A stretch of 64,000 bases of DNA from Octopus vulgaris. Taxonomy: Eukaryota. Location: contig OX597815.1 of NCBI GenBank assembly GCA_951406725.2, positions 96,720,001 through 96,784,000 on the forward strand. The letters are read 5' to 3'. Shown here piece by piece: positions 1-13,589 of the stretch. The stretch's first letter is position 1. Every line of letters begins with the position of its first letter. The position numbers and the translations under genes are program-made. The notes beneath the pieces are model-generated. The model worked only from the letters and a program-made list of their open reading frames with translations. It searched no databases and was not told the DNA's origin.

Positions 1-420
1 ACTATGTCCAGCTTCCTATTCTCTATCTCCTGGTCGCACTGAATGGTGATATTCCATAGAATCTTTGCTTTTCTATTTTCGACAATACCTTCCAGTCGTT
101 CCAAATGTTTACTCTGTCAAGTCCATACTTGTGGCAGAGTGTCCAATGGACAAGCCTGGCTATATCGTCGTGGCGTCTCTTATAATTCTTCTGGGCTAGT
201 GGCGTACATTGGCTGGTAATATGCCATACGGTTTCACCGTTTTGTCCACAGATTCTGCACTTAAAACTTTCTGCTATGTTCTCTAATCTGTATTTTATGT
301 AGTTTGTTCTTGGTGCTTTTTGTCATCCACAGTCATCTTATTTCTCTATCTGTCTCATCTTCAACATACCTATGAACTTGATATGCTTCTTTTCTTTACC
401 AGCTATCTTCAGTTTCATTC
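1..420 (-). mobile_element. R4/Dong-type RLE non-LTR retrotransposon fragment (Zn knuckle plus start of the restriction-like endonuclease)
   Basis: Reverse complement reads KCRICGQNGETVWHITSQC...KRRHDDIARLVHW...KILWNITIQCDQEIENRKLDIV, the CCHC/RHD/PD-type RLE signature. Runs off the window start and abuts (TAT)n at about 446. Confidence 0.85.
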
Positions 421-443
421 GTTTTCAAATTTTTGAATAGTGC

Positions 444-445
<2 letters not shown>

Positions 446-490
<45 letters not shown>

Positions 491-563
491 CATCATTGTT
501 GTTGTTGTTGTTGTTGTTAGTGTTGCTGTTGTTGCTGTTGCTGTTGTTGTTGTTTTTGTTTTG
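446..563. repeat. (TAT)n/(GTT)n compound microsatellite
   Basis: Direct reading of the sequence. Confidence 0.95.
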
Positions 564-564
564 A

Positions 565-1510
565 TTCCCGCTGTTCTATTTGCGGTTTTCTTTACTTGAA
601 ACAAACAATAACAAAACACCAAAGATTTCAAGTAGTGCCTTCTCCTGTGACTCAAAAAGACAATACTCTCCTTAAAATGCGAGCCTTACCCATCAAAGCT
701 CTCTTCCGGAACACTACGAGCCTGAGAGTAGCTCCAATATTCTCAATACTTTTTTCAAAGCTCTTGGGAACTACTTCTAACGCTCCAATCACCACCGGTA
801 TAACCGTTATTTTCCTCGTGCACCATAACTTCCCTACCGCATCCCGCAGTGACTAGTATTTCTCTCTCTTTTCTGTTTCCTTACATTTCACCCTCGAATC
901 GTCTGGTATTGTAACATCTATTATCTTTGCTTGTTTTACATCCTTTTTGATGCTCAGGATATCTGGCCGTCTCGCCTCTGTGACTTGGTTGCAATGCATG
1001 TTAAAATCCCAGAATATTTTTTAATGCTCGTTTTACATTATCCACTCTGGCTTGTGTTCATATCATTATAAGGCTATCTTGAGGTTTGTTTTAACTCACA
1101 ACAGCCAGTGGATATATCTGATAACATTGACATGTCTCCTTTTGTATTAATTGGAGCTCAACTACTCATTCCTGTACATTTCTTTCATCTTGTCTTCATT
1201 GTTCTTATTTCTTTCAATGATACCTATATACTATATACTTATATACTTCTTCTCCTACTCCTCTTATAGTTTCGCCAATTTGCAGCTTGATCCCATGTTT
1301 TTACTGTTTCCCCCACCCCTTTTGAGAATTATTACACCACATATCTCTATCCTAAATTCCATGCCAATATCTATGCTAATAATCTGCACAGTTGCCGTCA
1401 AACTCAATTTCTTTCTCAGTCTTAGCAAATAGATTTAGATCATCCATAACCCACAGATTCATTACTTTCACCATGTCTAGCATTCACACTACACACATCT
1501 TTCTTAAACG
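565..1510 (-). mobile_element. R4/Dong-type LINE, internally deleted (RT core remnant, RLE C-terminus, 3' UTR)
   Basis: Minus strand has VMDDLNLFA (about 1425-1450), ILGF..HCNQVTEARRPDIL and VIPVVIGALEVVPKS...ALMGKARILRRVL. Ends in a (CAA)n/(AAT)n tail. Confidence 0.8.
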
Positions 1511-1585
1511 AAATCGACACATATCCTCCCCCAAAATGGCTGACCTTGTGTCAAGGTTTGAAACCATTAATATTATTATTATTTA

Positions 1586-1940
1586 TTGTCTTCGCACAGC
1601 TTCTATTGCTGGGGATGTACTATGGCGCCAGACGTTCACTTCTAGTGAACTAAGGTAACACTACGTACATTTCGAGCACCATCCGGAGTATTCTTAGCGG
1701 TTCCAAGCAGTGTTGTTTTCTGCAAGAGCTACAACCTTATTGTAGCCCGTATATGTTCCATGTAATTCTCGAGATTTTTACGTATTGTTCCCAGGGCTCC
1801 GACAATTATTGGTACTCCTACCAACTTTTTCATTGAACACAACCGCTTATCCTCCCAAGCTAACCTGTCATATCTATCGACTTTTTTCCTCCTTATTGCA
1901 TAGTTTGTTGTCAACTGGGTATGTTATAAATATATGCTCT
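1586..1940 (-). mobile_element. R4/Dong-type LINE 3' end
   Basis: ORF 1729-1914 contains VPIIVGALGTIRKNLE, followed by LLGTAKNTP. The 3' UTR matches the copy at 40564-40640. AAT repeats on both sides. Confidence 0.85.
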
Positions 1941-1959
1941 ATCATCATCATCATCATCA

Positions 1960-2012
<53 letters not shown>

Positions 2013-2032
2013 ATTATTATTATTATTATTAT

Positions 2033-2080
<48 letters not shown>

Positions 2081-2100
2081 CTTCATCATCAATATTATTA

Positions 2101-2135
<35 letters not shown>

Positions 2136-2212
2136 GTCATAATAATTATTATTATTATTATTTTTAGTATTATTATTATTACTATTATTATTAATATCAT
2201 TATTATTATTAA

Positions 2213-2264
<52 letters not shown>

Positions 2265-2288
2265 ATTATCATTACTATTATTATTATT
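1941..2288. repeat. (ATC)n/(ATT)n microsatellite, about 350 bp
   Basis: Direct reading; source of the poly-Ile ORFs. Confidence 0.97.
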
Positions 2289-2289
2289 A

Positions 2290-2515
2290 AAGCGGTGAGG
2301 TGGCAGAATAATTAGTACGCCGGGCGAAATGTTTAGCGGTATTTCATCTCTCGCTACGTTCTGATTTCAAATTCCGCTATCAGCCTATCAAATTCAGCCT
2401 ATCGGAGTCAATAAATTAAGTACCAGTGAAACACAGGAGTTAATGTAATCGACTAACCCGTCTCCCCCAAAATATCTTGCCTTGTGCCTTTAGTAGAAAG
2501 GATTATTACTATTAT
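2290..2515 (+). mobile_element. tRNA-derived SINE, family A
   Basis: A-box-like ggtggcagaataattag, B-box-like tttcaaattcc, central ataaattaagtaccag, 3' gccttgtgcc plus (ATT) tail. Homologous to the two copies at 52535-52920. Confidence 0.8.
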
Positions 2516-2689
2516 TTTAAGGGAGGAAGAAGAATAAGATGAAGAGAAGAAGATGAAGAAGATGAAGAAGTCGAAAACGAAGAAAAGGACGGGAGTGGCG
2601 TGACCCAGTAATAGAGGCTGTCAGTGGAATATACCTTAATGTTCAAGTGACCTACAATTGACCTGTTATGGTTGTAGCAGTCTTCTGCT

Positions 2690-2772
2690 TTTTCTTCTTC
2701 TTCTTCTTCTTCTTCTTCTTCTTCTTCTTCTTCTTCTTCTTCTTCTTCTTCTTCTTCTTCTTCTTCTTCTTC
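2690..2772. repeat. (CTT)n microsatellite
   Basis: Direct reading. Confidence 0.97.
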
Positions 2773-3872
2773 CTTGGCTGCTGACGCTTAAACCATCAAA
2801 CTTCAGAACTAAATATTTCTCTGCGCCCATAAACACTGTTGTCAGATCTGCTACTACCTACCGAGCTTTTACAATGGAAAAGAGGAAGACAGAAAAAGAA
2901 GATAAATCATAAACGAGAAACGCAGCTTCATCTGATCTTGATCTAAATTGAATAACAAAGTGTTTCTAACATCAAATTATTGTAACTTAACTGTTTCAAA
3001 GTGGGTAACGCCGTCAAACATATGGTCCTTTTATTTCTATTTCTCAGGACTCTAAGCACAATTTAAGATTGACATTGCGACAAATATGTAGGTGGTTTTA
3101 AGTATCTCCTTATTCTTTTAAAATGCGCTGATCCAAGTATTTTAATTAAGCTTTAAAATATTTAACAATTTGTAGTTGTTCAAATATCTTTGGTACTTAA
3201 TTCAGGTCACCAATTAAAAATGTTTATTGTATACGTGTATACAATATAACCAAATATAACCAAACCTAATCAGCTACAGCTAACTTGTATCAATACAAAT
3301 AAATTTCGTTACATGCCAAATTTCATTTTGTTCCACAGAATGTTATACTTGGTTAAACATCATTGGTTTGTAGAGATATGCAGTTTTCTTTTATTATATA
3401 CTAGATTTTTATTTCATGTCGTTCTGAAATAAATCTTTAACCTGAGAGTGAATCGCATTTCAGAAGTGGTAAAATCGAAATATTAGATTTCTAGCGCTCT
3501 TTACAAAACTGAATTGAGAATCAAAGAAGCCAATATAGTTTTATCTAATTATTTTTCAGAAAGAATACGAAATAAGTCTTATCTCTCCAAGAAAGCCTTT
3601 AAAAAACTCGCTTTTGTGGCATTATTTTTATAATCCAACTAAATACGTGAAATAAAATTTAATACTCTTGGCGATCTATTGGCAAATGGATTAAAGATGC
3701 ATTAAAAACAAGATCTATAGATTAAAATTAGATTCCTGGTTATTTGCTGCAGGAACGATATTGATAAAAGACAATTACCGCGTAATTACACATTAGATTT
3801 TTCATAATACCGAAATAGAAAAATATACGCAATATTTCGTTGCTATGTCTCAATGATATGTTTAAAATTAAC

Positions 3873-3909
<37 letters not shown>

Positions 3910-4959
3910 CATATATGTGTTCGTGTCTGTCTGTGTGTATGTGTGTATGTGTATGTATGTGTATATGTGTGTGTGTGTTTTGCAGTCGTTGGTTGGAGCA
4001 TTACAAAGCCACTTCGATGGGCGAAGAGACTTCTGTGAGAATCATAATGCCCTCGCAATCATTCGATGCAAGCCAACTGCCATCTTAAACATTTAACCCC
4101 TTTTTAGCGTGGAATAATTGTTTTATTTTTTATTTGTTTTGATATACGTTTCGAAAATATCTTATCTGCCAATTAAAGCCAATTATTGGATTTTCTTCCC
4201 ATATATTCTGAAGAATATGGGCAGCTTCCATGACTCTGTTAGGGTTACAGTGAAAGGTGGGTTAAGGGTTACATAAATTAAGGGTGCAGATTATTGTGCT
4301 ATGCCGAGTATGTCCTGCTCACTTTCTGCTACCAAAGCTTACTCACAAATATTTTTTTCCCCCCAGGCTATGTTAAAAAACAATGAAATATGTCACGCCA
4401 TTGATTCTAACTGAAAATATCACAGAATACTTTTGCTAAAAAGCTCTCCCTATTGGGGCGACTAATTTTACTTGATTATTCATTCTGAAGATGACAAAGG
4501 CTTGCTAAGCAAACTATTGTAAGGTCACGAAGAGAAAGTATACGTGAATCTCATCGTTGTCCCTTGTGGGATACATCTGGTTTCTACTTTTAGACATCAT
4601 AAACCATAACGTTATTCGAAAGAAAGTTGTTAGTAAAGAACTGACTTTAAGATGAAATGTGTGTCTCTATACGACTACTCGTTCAATAATTCCTTCTTAT
4701 TATATAAATGTTTCTGAAACGAGAGTATCTTGGTGTAATTTTCTTCCATTGCATATGTGTCCGCACTATTTGGTTTCATAAATATTATATAGATTTTTAT
4801 GCATGTGAGCACTATTATTTTTACTTACTTGTTATTAGGCATGAAGTATCTCATATCCATAAGCAAAATATTTTAATGTCGTGAATAACTGGAGCACACT
4901 TTTGTATCTCATATCAGACACTCGCTATTTTCTCTTGCTAACTCCACGCGTCACCTATA

Positions 4960-5220
4960 TTGTGTCCCACCCCAACTCTCGAAATAATCATTACTCCTTG
5001 TCGGCAATCTGCAATTCTCCCTGCTCATGTTCTGTCCAACAGTCATTTAATGCCGGCAGTTCAAAATAATCATGAGCAACTTTGATTTCAACAGTCAATG
5101 GCGGATATTTAATGACCATCTACCCAAAATTTTCATCCAAACTTAACCGTCAAAAACTTTGTAAATGGTATTTTTGGAATGAAAATGTCTCCCAATGCAT
5201 TATTTACAATCCTACTCCAT
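4960..5220 (-). mobile_element. Possible very old Mutator-like transposase relic
   Basis: Scattered minus-strand peptides AHDYFE and LPTRSNDYFESW resemble the MULE motifs LLDYFE and LPRTNNxxEGWH. Frames are broken, so the match is weak. Confidence 0.25.
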
Positions 5221-5782
5221 TCATGTTAAATAACAAAATACTGCAGCATTAAAACGTCACAAGAATAATTAGATGACCATAAAACTGTTATCACTAGATT
5301 ATTTTGAAGAAAACTACAACTTTAAGTGGACAGACTTGTTTGTGGCAGAAGCGATTCGGATTGGTATTGGGTTTTATGCATAAACGTATAATAATATACG
5401 TATATTCTCCGATTTGAAGCGACAATTTTTTAATGCAAACAAATGATCGAAAAATGATGAGCTAACCTAAAGCCAGAGCGAAACCACAAATCAATGCTTA
5501 TACGGCTCTTTGCGCATCTGACTAGGCCATATTCTCACGCATCAATTTCAGCCAAATTTAATGACTATGTACTTTCAATCAAACTGTCTAATACTACATC
5601 TTCCATATTTAAACAAATAGAAACGTATGAACATACGTACATACATATATATATACACACATGCATACATACAAATGTGATTATATAAGCGTATATATGT
5701 GTGTTGGTATGCATGTATATGTGATGCCTGAAAAAAAAATTTACGATAACTAACCGGTTGAAAAGAAGTTCGTGTATAGTGA

Positions 5783-5937
5783 GTAGGAGTGGCTGTGAGG
5801 TAAGTAGCTTGTTTACCAACCAAATGGTTCAGTACCACTGCGTGGCACGTTGGGCAAGTGTCTTCTACTATAGACTCGGGCCGACGAAAGCCTTGTTAGT
5901 GGATTTGGTAGACGGAAACTGAAAGAAGCTCGTCGTA

Positions 5938-6030
<93 letters not shown>

Positions 6031-6355
6031 TTGTGTGTCTGTGTTTGTCCCCCCAACATCACTTCACAACCGATGCTGGTGTGTTTACGTAACCGTAACT
6101 TAGCGGTTCGGCAAAAGAGGCCGATAGAATAAGATGACCATAACTCTGTTATCACTAGATTATTTTGAAGAAAACTACAACTTTAAGTTAACAGAGTTGT
6201 TTGTGGCATAATCGATTCGGATTGGTATTGGGTTTTATGCATAAATGTATAATTCTTACAAAGAATAAATCCTGGGGTCGATTTGCTCGACTAAAGACGG
6301 TGCCCCAGCATGGCCACAGTCAAATTACTGAAACAAGTAAGAGAGTAAAAGAGAG
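5783..6355 (+). mobile_element. tRNA-derived CORE-like SINE, family B, with internal (TA)n(TG)n tract
   Basis: tRNA-like head, ttgggcaagtgtcttctactatag core, ggtagacggaaactgaaagaag, cgtaacttagcggttcggcaa and 3' cagcatggccacagtcaaa. Homologous to 10585-10797 and 34066-34612. Confidence 0.88.
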
Positions 6356-6852
6356 ATACGCAAATGCTATATATATATGATGCATAATTCAAGTACAATC
6401 TTAAGTGTTTGTTTTACAGAGTATTACAGACTTCTTTGTTTTAGAATGTCGAAATATTTCTCACAAACGTTTCCTGTCTTAAAACCAATGTAACTAAGTT
6501 TACTACATAAATAAAATTGAAATAATTGTGTAAGCAGTCGCAAGATCTGTCTGCATGTATTCAGCTATTTACCTGTTTGTCTGTCAATCCGTCTGCCTTT
6601 CCACGTGTCTTTTAATACATTGAAATAAAATTTGTGCACTTGAAATAGACAAAATATGCATTTTGGCACATTGATCCATATTATGAATATGTTTTAACCA
6701 GCGTTGAATAATCAGGAACGTTGTAATATTCCTCTCATTTTATATATGTATAAAATGACAAAAACTACGTAGACAAGCTGTCGTTCGGAGTAGAGAGACA
6801 GACAGACAGACAAACCGACAGACAGACATACAGACAGACAGATAGATAGATA

Positions 6853-7185
6853 GAAGCGTTTCCACTTTTTAATGACGTAATTATTGCAATCCTAATTAAA
6901 ACCTCTCTCTACTTCCTCATAAAGCTTTTCTTTCAAGTATCCTATGACTAGGTTAGCATATGAGGGTGCAACCGCGTCCCCATAGCCGTGCATTCTTATC
7001 TGTTGATATGTTTTATTATTGAATCTGAAGGTGTTTTCTTCTAGTACTAGGCTTTTGGACTTGGTGATGAAGTATATTTTGAAGCGTTCCTTTATACGGC
7101 CTCGATGTTTATCTATCTACTTTTGAACTGCTTCCCAGGTCCAAAGTGTGAAGTATATATATTGGTATAAAGATTGGTGACATGT
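6853..7185 (-). mobile_element. Penelope-like element reverse transcriptase fragment (frameshifted)
   Basis: Minus strand gives VTNLYTNI, LVLEENTFRFNNKTYQQI, TAMGT/VAPSYANLVIGYLKEKLY and KKWKRF. These are PLE RT motifs, broken off just before the catalytic DD at a (GATA)n tract. Not captured in the ORF track. Confidence 0.8.
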
Positions 7186-7519
7186 TTCCCTTTTGTACTT
7201 TGCAAAGCATTTTTGTTCTTACGGTAATAAAAAGCATCAAATATCTAAATTGCGCCTTATAATTTTTCATTTTAATAGGGATGCGAAATTGACACGAATT
7301 AAGTAATTTAAAATTTTCTTTCTCAAGAAATAGATTGGAGTGTGCGGTAACTGGAAATGTAAGAATAATATATGTGTTGATAAATTTCATCTGTTCTGAC
7401 GCGTTGGCACTTGAATAGCTAAAAATCGGCATGAACATTCCGTACAACCCAATATATATCTATATCTATATCTATCAATTATTTATCTCTCTCTCTCATT
7501 GTCTCTCTCTCACTCTGTA

Positions 7520-7722
<203 letters not shown>

Positions 7723-8514
7723 AATAGCGTATTGATGTTATTGTTTTCCTATCGATATAGTTTCGTACAAGTAATATGTGAGCATATATTACCACAATTA
7801 TGCAAGCAAGACTTTTTTTATCAATTTCATATCCTCAACTTAGCACATTTTATTTGGTATCTTTGGCAACCATATTTACACTTACTTATTTTGTAACCCA
7901 CTCTATATGTTTTGGTATGTATATATATGGTTGAAATATTTTGTGAAGGTATGAGATTGCCTGTGTATCATCGTCAATGTGCGTGTTCGTCGATGTAAAA
8001 TATCCTACAATGGAATAATATTTACCATTTCTTCGTGACATTCAAACCATATCATTTTAATTCAGCAAAAAATAAAAAAAGAAATTGCGAATTACGCTGA
8101 GAGTACGCAGGTGAAAAATCACTCGCCCTTTTCATTCTACAGCCCCTTATACTCAACTTAAATATAGATTCTGAATAGTTTTCCGTTCTGTGGCAATAGC
8201 TTTGATCTTTTACAGCGTATATTTTTCATTGCTTTGAAGTTCGTAGTTCTTTTTACCTAAAAAATATTTTGCAATTGCCAAACAAGACCATTCATATTGA
8301 CCTACTTCTTGTTATACATTTCGAATAAGGGATTTCTTCACCCACTCTCTAGTATATTCCAAGTCTATCATCAATATATCAACTTTTAGGTGTGGGTAAC
8401 ACATACAATGTGACCGATTTAATGTGCAGTCATACGTGTGTGTGTGTACACACACACACACATATATATATTTATGTATATATAATGCAGATGCAGATGT
8501 ATATATATATATAA

Positions 8515-8549
<35 letters not shown>

Positions 8550-9975
8550 AGGTAGGTTGTGTATATGTATACATGAATATGTGCGCACGTGATTTTACAT
8601 GACTGTATATATGTTCACATATATCAGCTCCGATCTATAAAACTATTTTCTTCAGAAGATCATTTCCTGATATCTATTACACCATTAAAAGTAATACGGC
8701 CTATTTAACATTTTCTTAAAGATTATCCTATTATATTCCAAGGCAGATATGATCTGTGCAGAGAAGTTTTATGGCTTTAAAACGTGTTGTTAACATGTAA
8801 TACACTCGGTATATCAGGAATGTCATTTCTTTGATTATTTATAGCACGTTACGAACTCGAGTTAATCAGTAGAAAATATTTCATGTTTTCATGGACATTA
8901 TTTTCTGAGACTTAATTGAGATTTTCACCTATTTACAACAATACTTCATGGAAAAAGTATGTACTTTGGTAATGTCTGTTTATAAATTTGCTTTGTCGTC
9001 CTCATAACTTAAGGTAGAAACGATATATGTGAAGTTATGTCGGTTTTAAAACATAATTAATTTCATGGTTTGTGTTAATTAGCTCCTAAATATTTGCAGT
9101 AATTAAAAACATTTTAATCAACTTATTGATGCTCGCATTAAATTATTGATAAACTTATCGTCTGCAAACAAAATAACTCCAGATTATTTTACAATTTTGG
9201 TTTTCTTTGAGAGCGATTTAATTATAATTACGCATGATTAAAAAAAAATAGATAAAAAAATAGATAACGCCATTTCTAGTATAGTCTGATTAGTGATATT
9301 TTTTTTTTGTAGTTTCTTGAAAAAAATATTCCACAATTACGTTTCATGAAAAAATATTCTATATATATGCATATACACATATGGGGAAAATTACAATAGA
9401 CTGAAATATGTGTTGTATATTATTTATAAGAGATTTGGTAACTTTTATATTTTGGTTAACTGAAGAAATAAGTTTATAATCGGGACAAACGCTGAAATAA
9501 TAAGTGCAAATTTTAAAGGAATTCAAATTACTGTAAAGCATTTCTATGAATACATGTTATATGTGTAATCTCTGAATATAATTACCATTACTTGCATTAG
9601 TCAACAAGTCAAAAGGACAGCTTCCCAATAACTGGAGGAGTTAATTAAAATAAGCATCAACCAATACATTCCATCGGTAAACTGAACACAGAGCATGACT
9701 ACACTGTTTGCAACTTCTCGCCTGTTATAAATCCTTTAACTAGTTCACGGGCAAATTAGAATAGTAATACACATTCTTAATCGAATTAATATGTTCCAAT
9801 ATAAACATTTAAGGTCAAAGATTAATGGATTTTCTTTAACCTGTGTGAAAAACACATTTTCAAGATATAGGGGTCTGCTGCAACTAGACTATCACCTTCC
9901 TCTCCCCCTCTCACACTCACTTTCCCTCTTTCTATACCTTTGTCCCTCTCTCTCTTTCTCTTTATCTGCCTGACT

Positions 9976-10042
<67 letters not shown>

Positions 10043-10113
10043 CATATACATACATATGTACACACACATATATATACATATACATACATATACATACATA
10101 TACATACATATGT

Positions 10114-10154
<41 letters not shown>

Positions 10155-10584
10155 CATGCATGTATGTATATATATATATGAATGCATGTATATAAATATG
10201 TGTGCGTTTGAATATATATATGTGTGTGTGAGCGTGTGTGTGCGTGTGGTGTGTATGTTTGAGTATGATAATAACAATAATATTAATTCTTGGATGGAAT
10301 TTATAAGCACTTAATACATCACTACGCGCGTTTACACGGATTACGTCTCTCTTAGAATCACAGTCCGTAAATCTGGGATATCTTACAACACTTAATACAC
10401 AGTTAAGCTTTACTATAGCGTCGTAAATTTATCGACTGCTATTTCCAGGAAGCAGTGGTGCCTTGTTGTATATACCACTACTCTCTCCCTCTCACCCTCT
10501 CTTCGCATACATATATATATATATAGTTGGAATTTACAAAAAAATAAACCAAGACAGGTGTATGCATGCAATTATATATGTATT

Positions 10585-10797
10585 TGTGTGTCTGAGTTTG
10601 TCCCGACATCATCGCTTTAGAACCGATGCTGGTGTGTCTACGTCGCCGTAACTTAGCGGTTCGGCAAGAGGGTGCGATGGAATAAGTACTAGGCTTACAA
10701 AAGAATACGTCTTAGGGTCGATTTGTTCAAGTAGAGGCGGTGTTCAGCATGGCCGCAGTCAAATGACTGAAGAAAAGGAGAAGAAAATGAAAAGATA
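10585..10797 (+). mobile_element. SINE family B, 3' half
   Basis: aaccgatgctggtgtg...cgtaacttagcggttcggcaa...cagcatggccgcagtcaaatgactgaa matches 6040-6350. Confidence 0.85.
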
Positions 10798-11344
10798 CTA
10801 AGGAGACAGAGAAATCAGAGAGAGAAACAAACAGAGCGATATAGAGAGAGAGGGGAGAGAGAGAGAGTGAAAGTGGTAGAAATGAAAACAGTAAAACGAG
10901 AAATACAGCTTTTCAAATCTAAAGTATGGATCGGAAATTCGATTAACACTCTTGATGGTTAGTTGACGATTTAAGGTGTGTTTGGCCAACGATATATTTG
11001 CAGGAAGTGGCTAGTTTTGATCAAGCGGAAGACAAAGTAAGAAGAATATTCTTCCCCTTAAGCCATTAAATGGCGTAATTTCAAGTATATATCATCAATT
11101 TATAAAATATTATTCCAATGAATGAAAACAGGCTAAAGAACCAATCGTCCCTTACTCACCGTATAAAAACAAAAGTGCTCACTTTTACTGGCTTATATAG
11201 GGATTTGCTTCCTATAAGTACACAAAATCATTCATAATATATATTTGCAAACGGATAAAGAAAAGCGTACATATTTCTCTACGAATTTCTTTAACGATTT
11301 CCACTATCATACTCATGCGTTTGTGAAATGTGCACCCCCACACA

Positions 11345-11800
11345 CACACACATGCAGGCACACACACGCACACATATACCCACATACCTATGTGTATTTG
11401 TCTAAGTGTTTGTCTGAGTGTTTGTCTATCCGAACATGGAACTAATTGAAGCTCACATTTATTATTTTTGTTTTGTTATTAAATGATATAGGTCTGTGCG
11501 TGTATGTTTGTGTGGGTATGTTTGTGTACACATGCAGACACACATACTCGCACAAACGCAGTCATACAAACACACACAACACACACATATACCTATGTGT
11601 ATTTGAGTGTTTGAGTGTTTGTCGATTGCTCTCCGAACATGAAACTAATAGTAGCTCACATTTATTGTTCTAGGTTTATTAAATGTTATAAATTTTTGTG
11701 TATTTGTTTGTGTGCATATGTTTTTAGGACACACGCAAACACACATATACGCACAAACACAGTCATACACTCGCACACACACACACACATATACACACAC
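11345..11800. repeat. Diverged tandem duplication, about 200 bp unit, two copies plus a partial third
   Basis: The block acctatgtgtatttg...ccgaacatg.aactaat...agctcacatttatt occurs at about 11386 and about 11591. Confidence 0.75.
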
Positions 11801-12560
11801 ACTCATATAACTATACGTGTATGTATCAATATATAAGTATATGTATTTCTTATGTGAGACTAATATAAACATCATATCCTTTAAAAAATAACATCGCTAA
11901 ATTCTAAAACAAAATATTTACCAGAACTTCATTAGAGTTGATTAAATGCACAACAAAATATTATTATAATAATGATGTAAACTTTTGTCTTCTTCAGAAT
12001 TGGAATAAGGAAACACTCTTAAAAATTTATGCTGAAATGGTACATTTTTGTGAAAGTTTTAATATCTGTGCGAATATCGATTTCTGAAAGAGAATCTTGG
12101 TACAAAATTATTTTAGCTGCAAGCGTGTGTCAAATTTTATCTTGTCTCGAACACAGCTTTACTGTTTGAAAGCATAGATAGAAATAGAGAAAAAAAATAT
12201 TATAGTGGGGATTGAAAAATGAGAGCTGAATTCTGTTAAGACATTCATGTGAGTGGTAAATAGCTTTCTGGATTCTATAGACAGGAAGACTATTCATTAA
12301 ATCTTATTTTATTTTATTTCGTTTTGTATGATATATCATCTTTGCCGGACCGTATGACGTTCGTCTTTGCAACACGAGATCTTCTCAAATTGTTCAAGTG
12401 GAGACATTCGACAAGAGATACACAAAAGGAAGGGAGGATACCGAGAGGAAGGAACGTTGAATAGTAATAGCGCAAAATAAAAATGGTGCATTGCTCTCAA
12501 ACGCGTGGGGGAAATAAATAGCAAGAAAGAAGAATGCAAGGTATAAAGACTTTTTTCTAT

Positions 12561-12607
<47 letters not shown>

Positions 12608-13589
12608 AGGAGTAAAGAGTGCAAGAATAAGGGAAGATAGAATTACGTAGAAATGTCGGCTTGAAATAACGGGAAGTAACAGTTGTAAAAATTAAAAGAA
12701 ACAGATAATAAAGGAAGAAAACGTTGAAAGCAAAGGGAGACGTAGGAATCATGGTTGGAACTGAGACAAGGGGAATTAAAAATATGAAAAGTGAGTAATG
12801 GGAAAATTGAGCGACCGTAAATAGGAAATTTCGAAGAAAACAATGAGTGAGGTTGGAAAGGTGGAACCAGAAACGAATGGATTGGACAGGAAAAAGCAAG
12901 GCTAAACTGAATGCAAAACTTTTAGGAGAGAGAATGAGTATGGAGAGAGGGGGAAATAACTCGGATGTAGGAAAGAATTTGGAGAAAGAATGAGGAAAGA
13001 AAGACGAGATTTTCCACAAGAGTTAAATATCACCGAATAAGAGAAAATTATGGATATGAAATTACAGGGAAAATGCTTAAATGTTGAGATATCACGAATT
13101 TTTCTGGAACTGTTAGATATAATGTGAATACATTTTGAGACATAGTAAATATATCATTAAAAAACAACTCATTCTCTCGATACTTTCAAATGCTTTACTG
13201 GAGCAAGCAATTTGAAGATAGCGAAATATATATATATATATATAAGTATAAAGTTATATCTTGAGTGACAACAACGCTCAAGATATACAATGGACTGGAA
13301 ATAGATGTGCTCCAATGAGCTGTATACGCTTTTTTTACCCAAGGGGAGGCAATGCGAGCAATAACCACAGGAATATCACGTTAATAAGGCTAATAATGAG
13401 ATTTGTAAGGATAAAAATACTATGGATGATAAGAGCAACGGGAGGGAAGGGGTTGCAAATAATATGAATCATAAATGTGAATTAAGGCGTAAAGTTGGGC
13501 TTAGTTCTAATGAAGCTGATAATAGGAATAAGAATAATATTAGTAGTAATAGAGATATGAATATTAGTAATAGATACAGGAGTGCTCCT

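Noticed and set aside
1785-2315. Long poly-Ile, poly-Leu, IYIY, CVCV, HTHT and LSIY ORFs here and throughout the window (e.g. 20611-21440, 24049-24573, 32911-33597, 38526-39184, 57894-58461)
   Set aside because: They are translations of stop-free microsatellites, not genes.
4245-4290. TTAGGG-like motifs (also about 38115 and 48368) and a small hairpin at about 4198-4221
   Set aside because: Only one or two imperfect units, so not an interstitial telomere array; too little to call a Helitron.
12336-13019. 227 aa Phe/Leu/Ser-rich ORF resembling a membrane protein
   Set aside because: Produced by a pyrimidine-rich strand and a (CT)n tract; no domain motifs.
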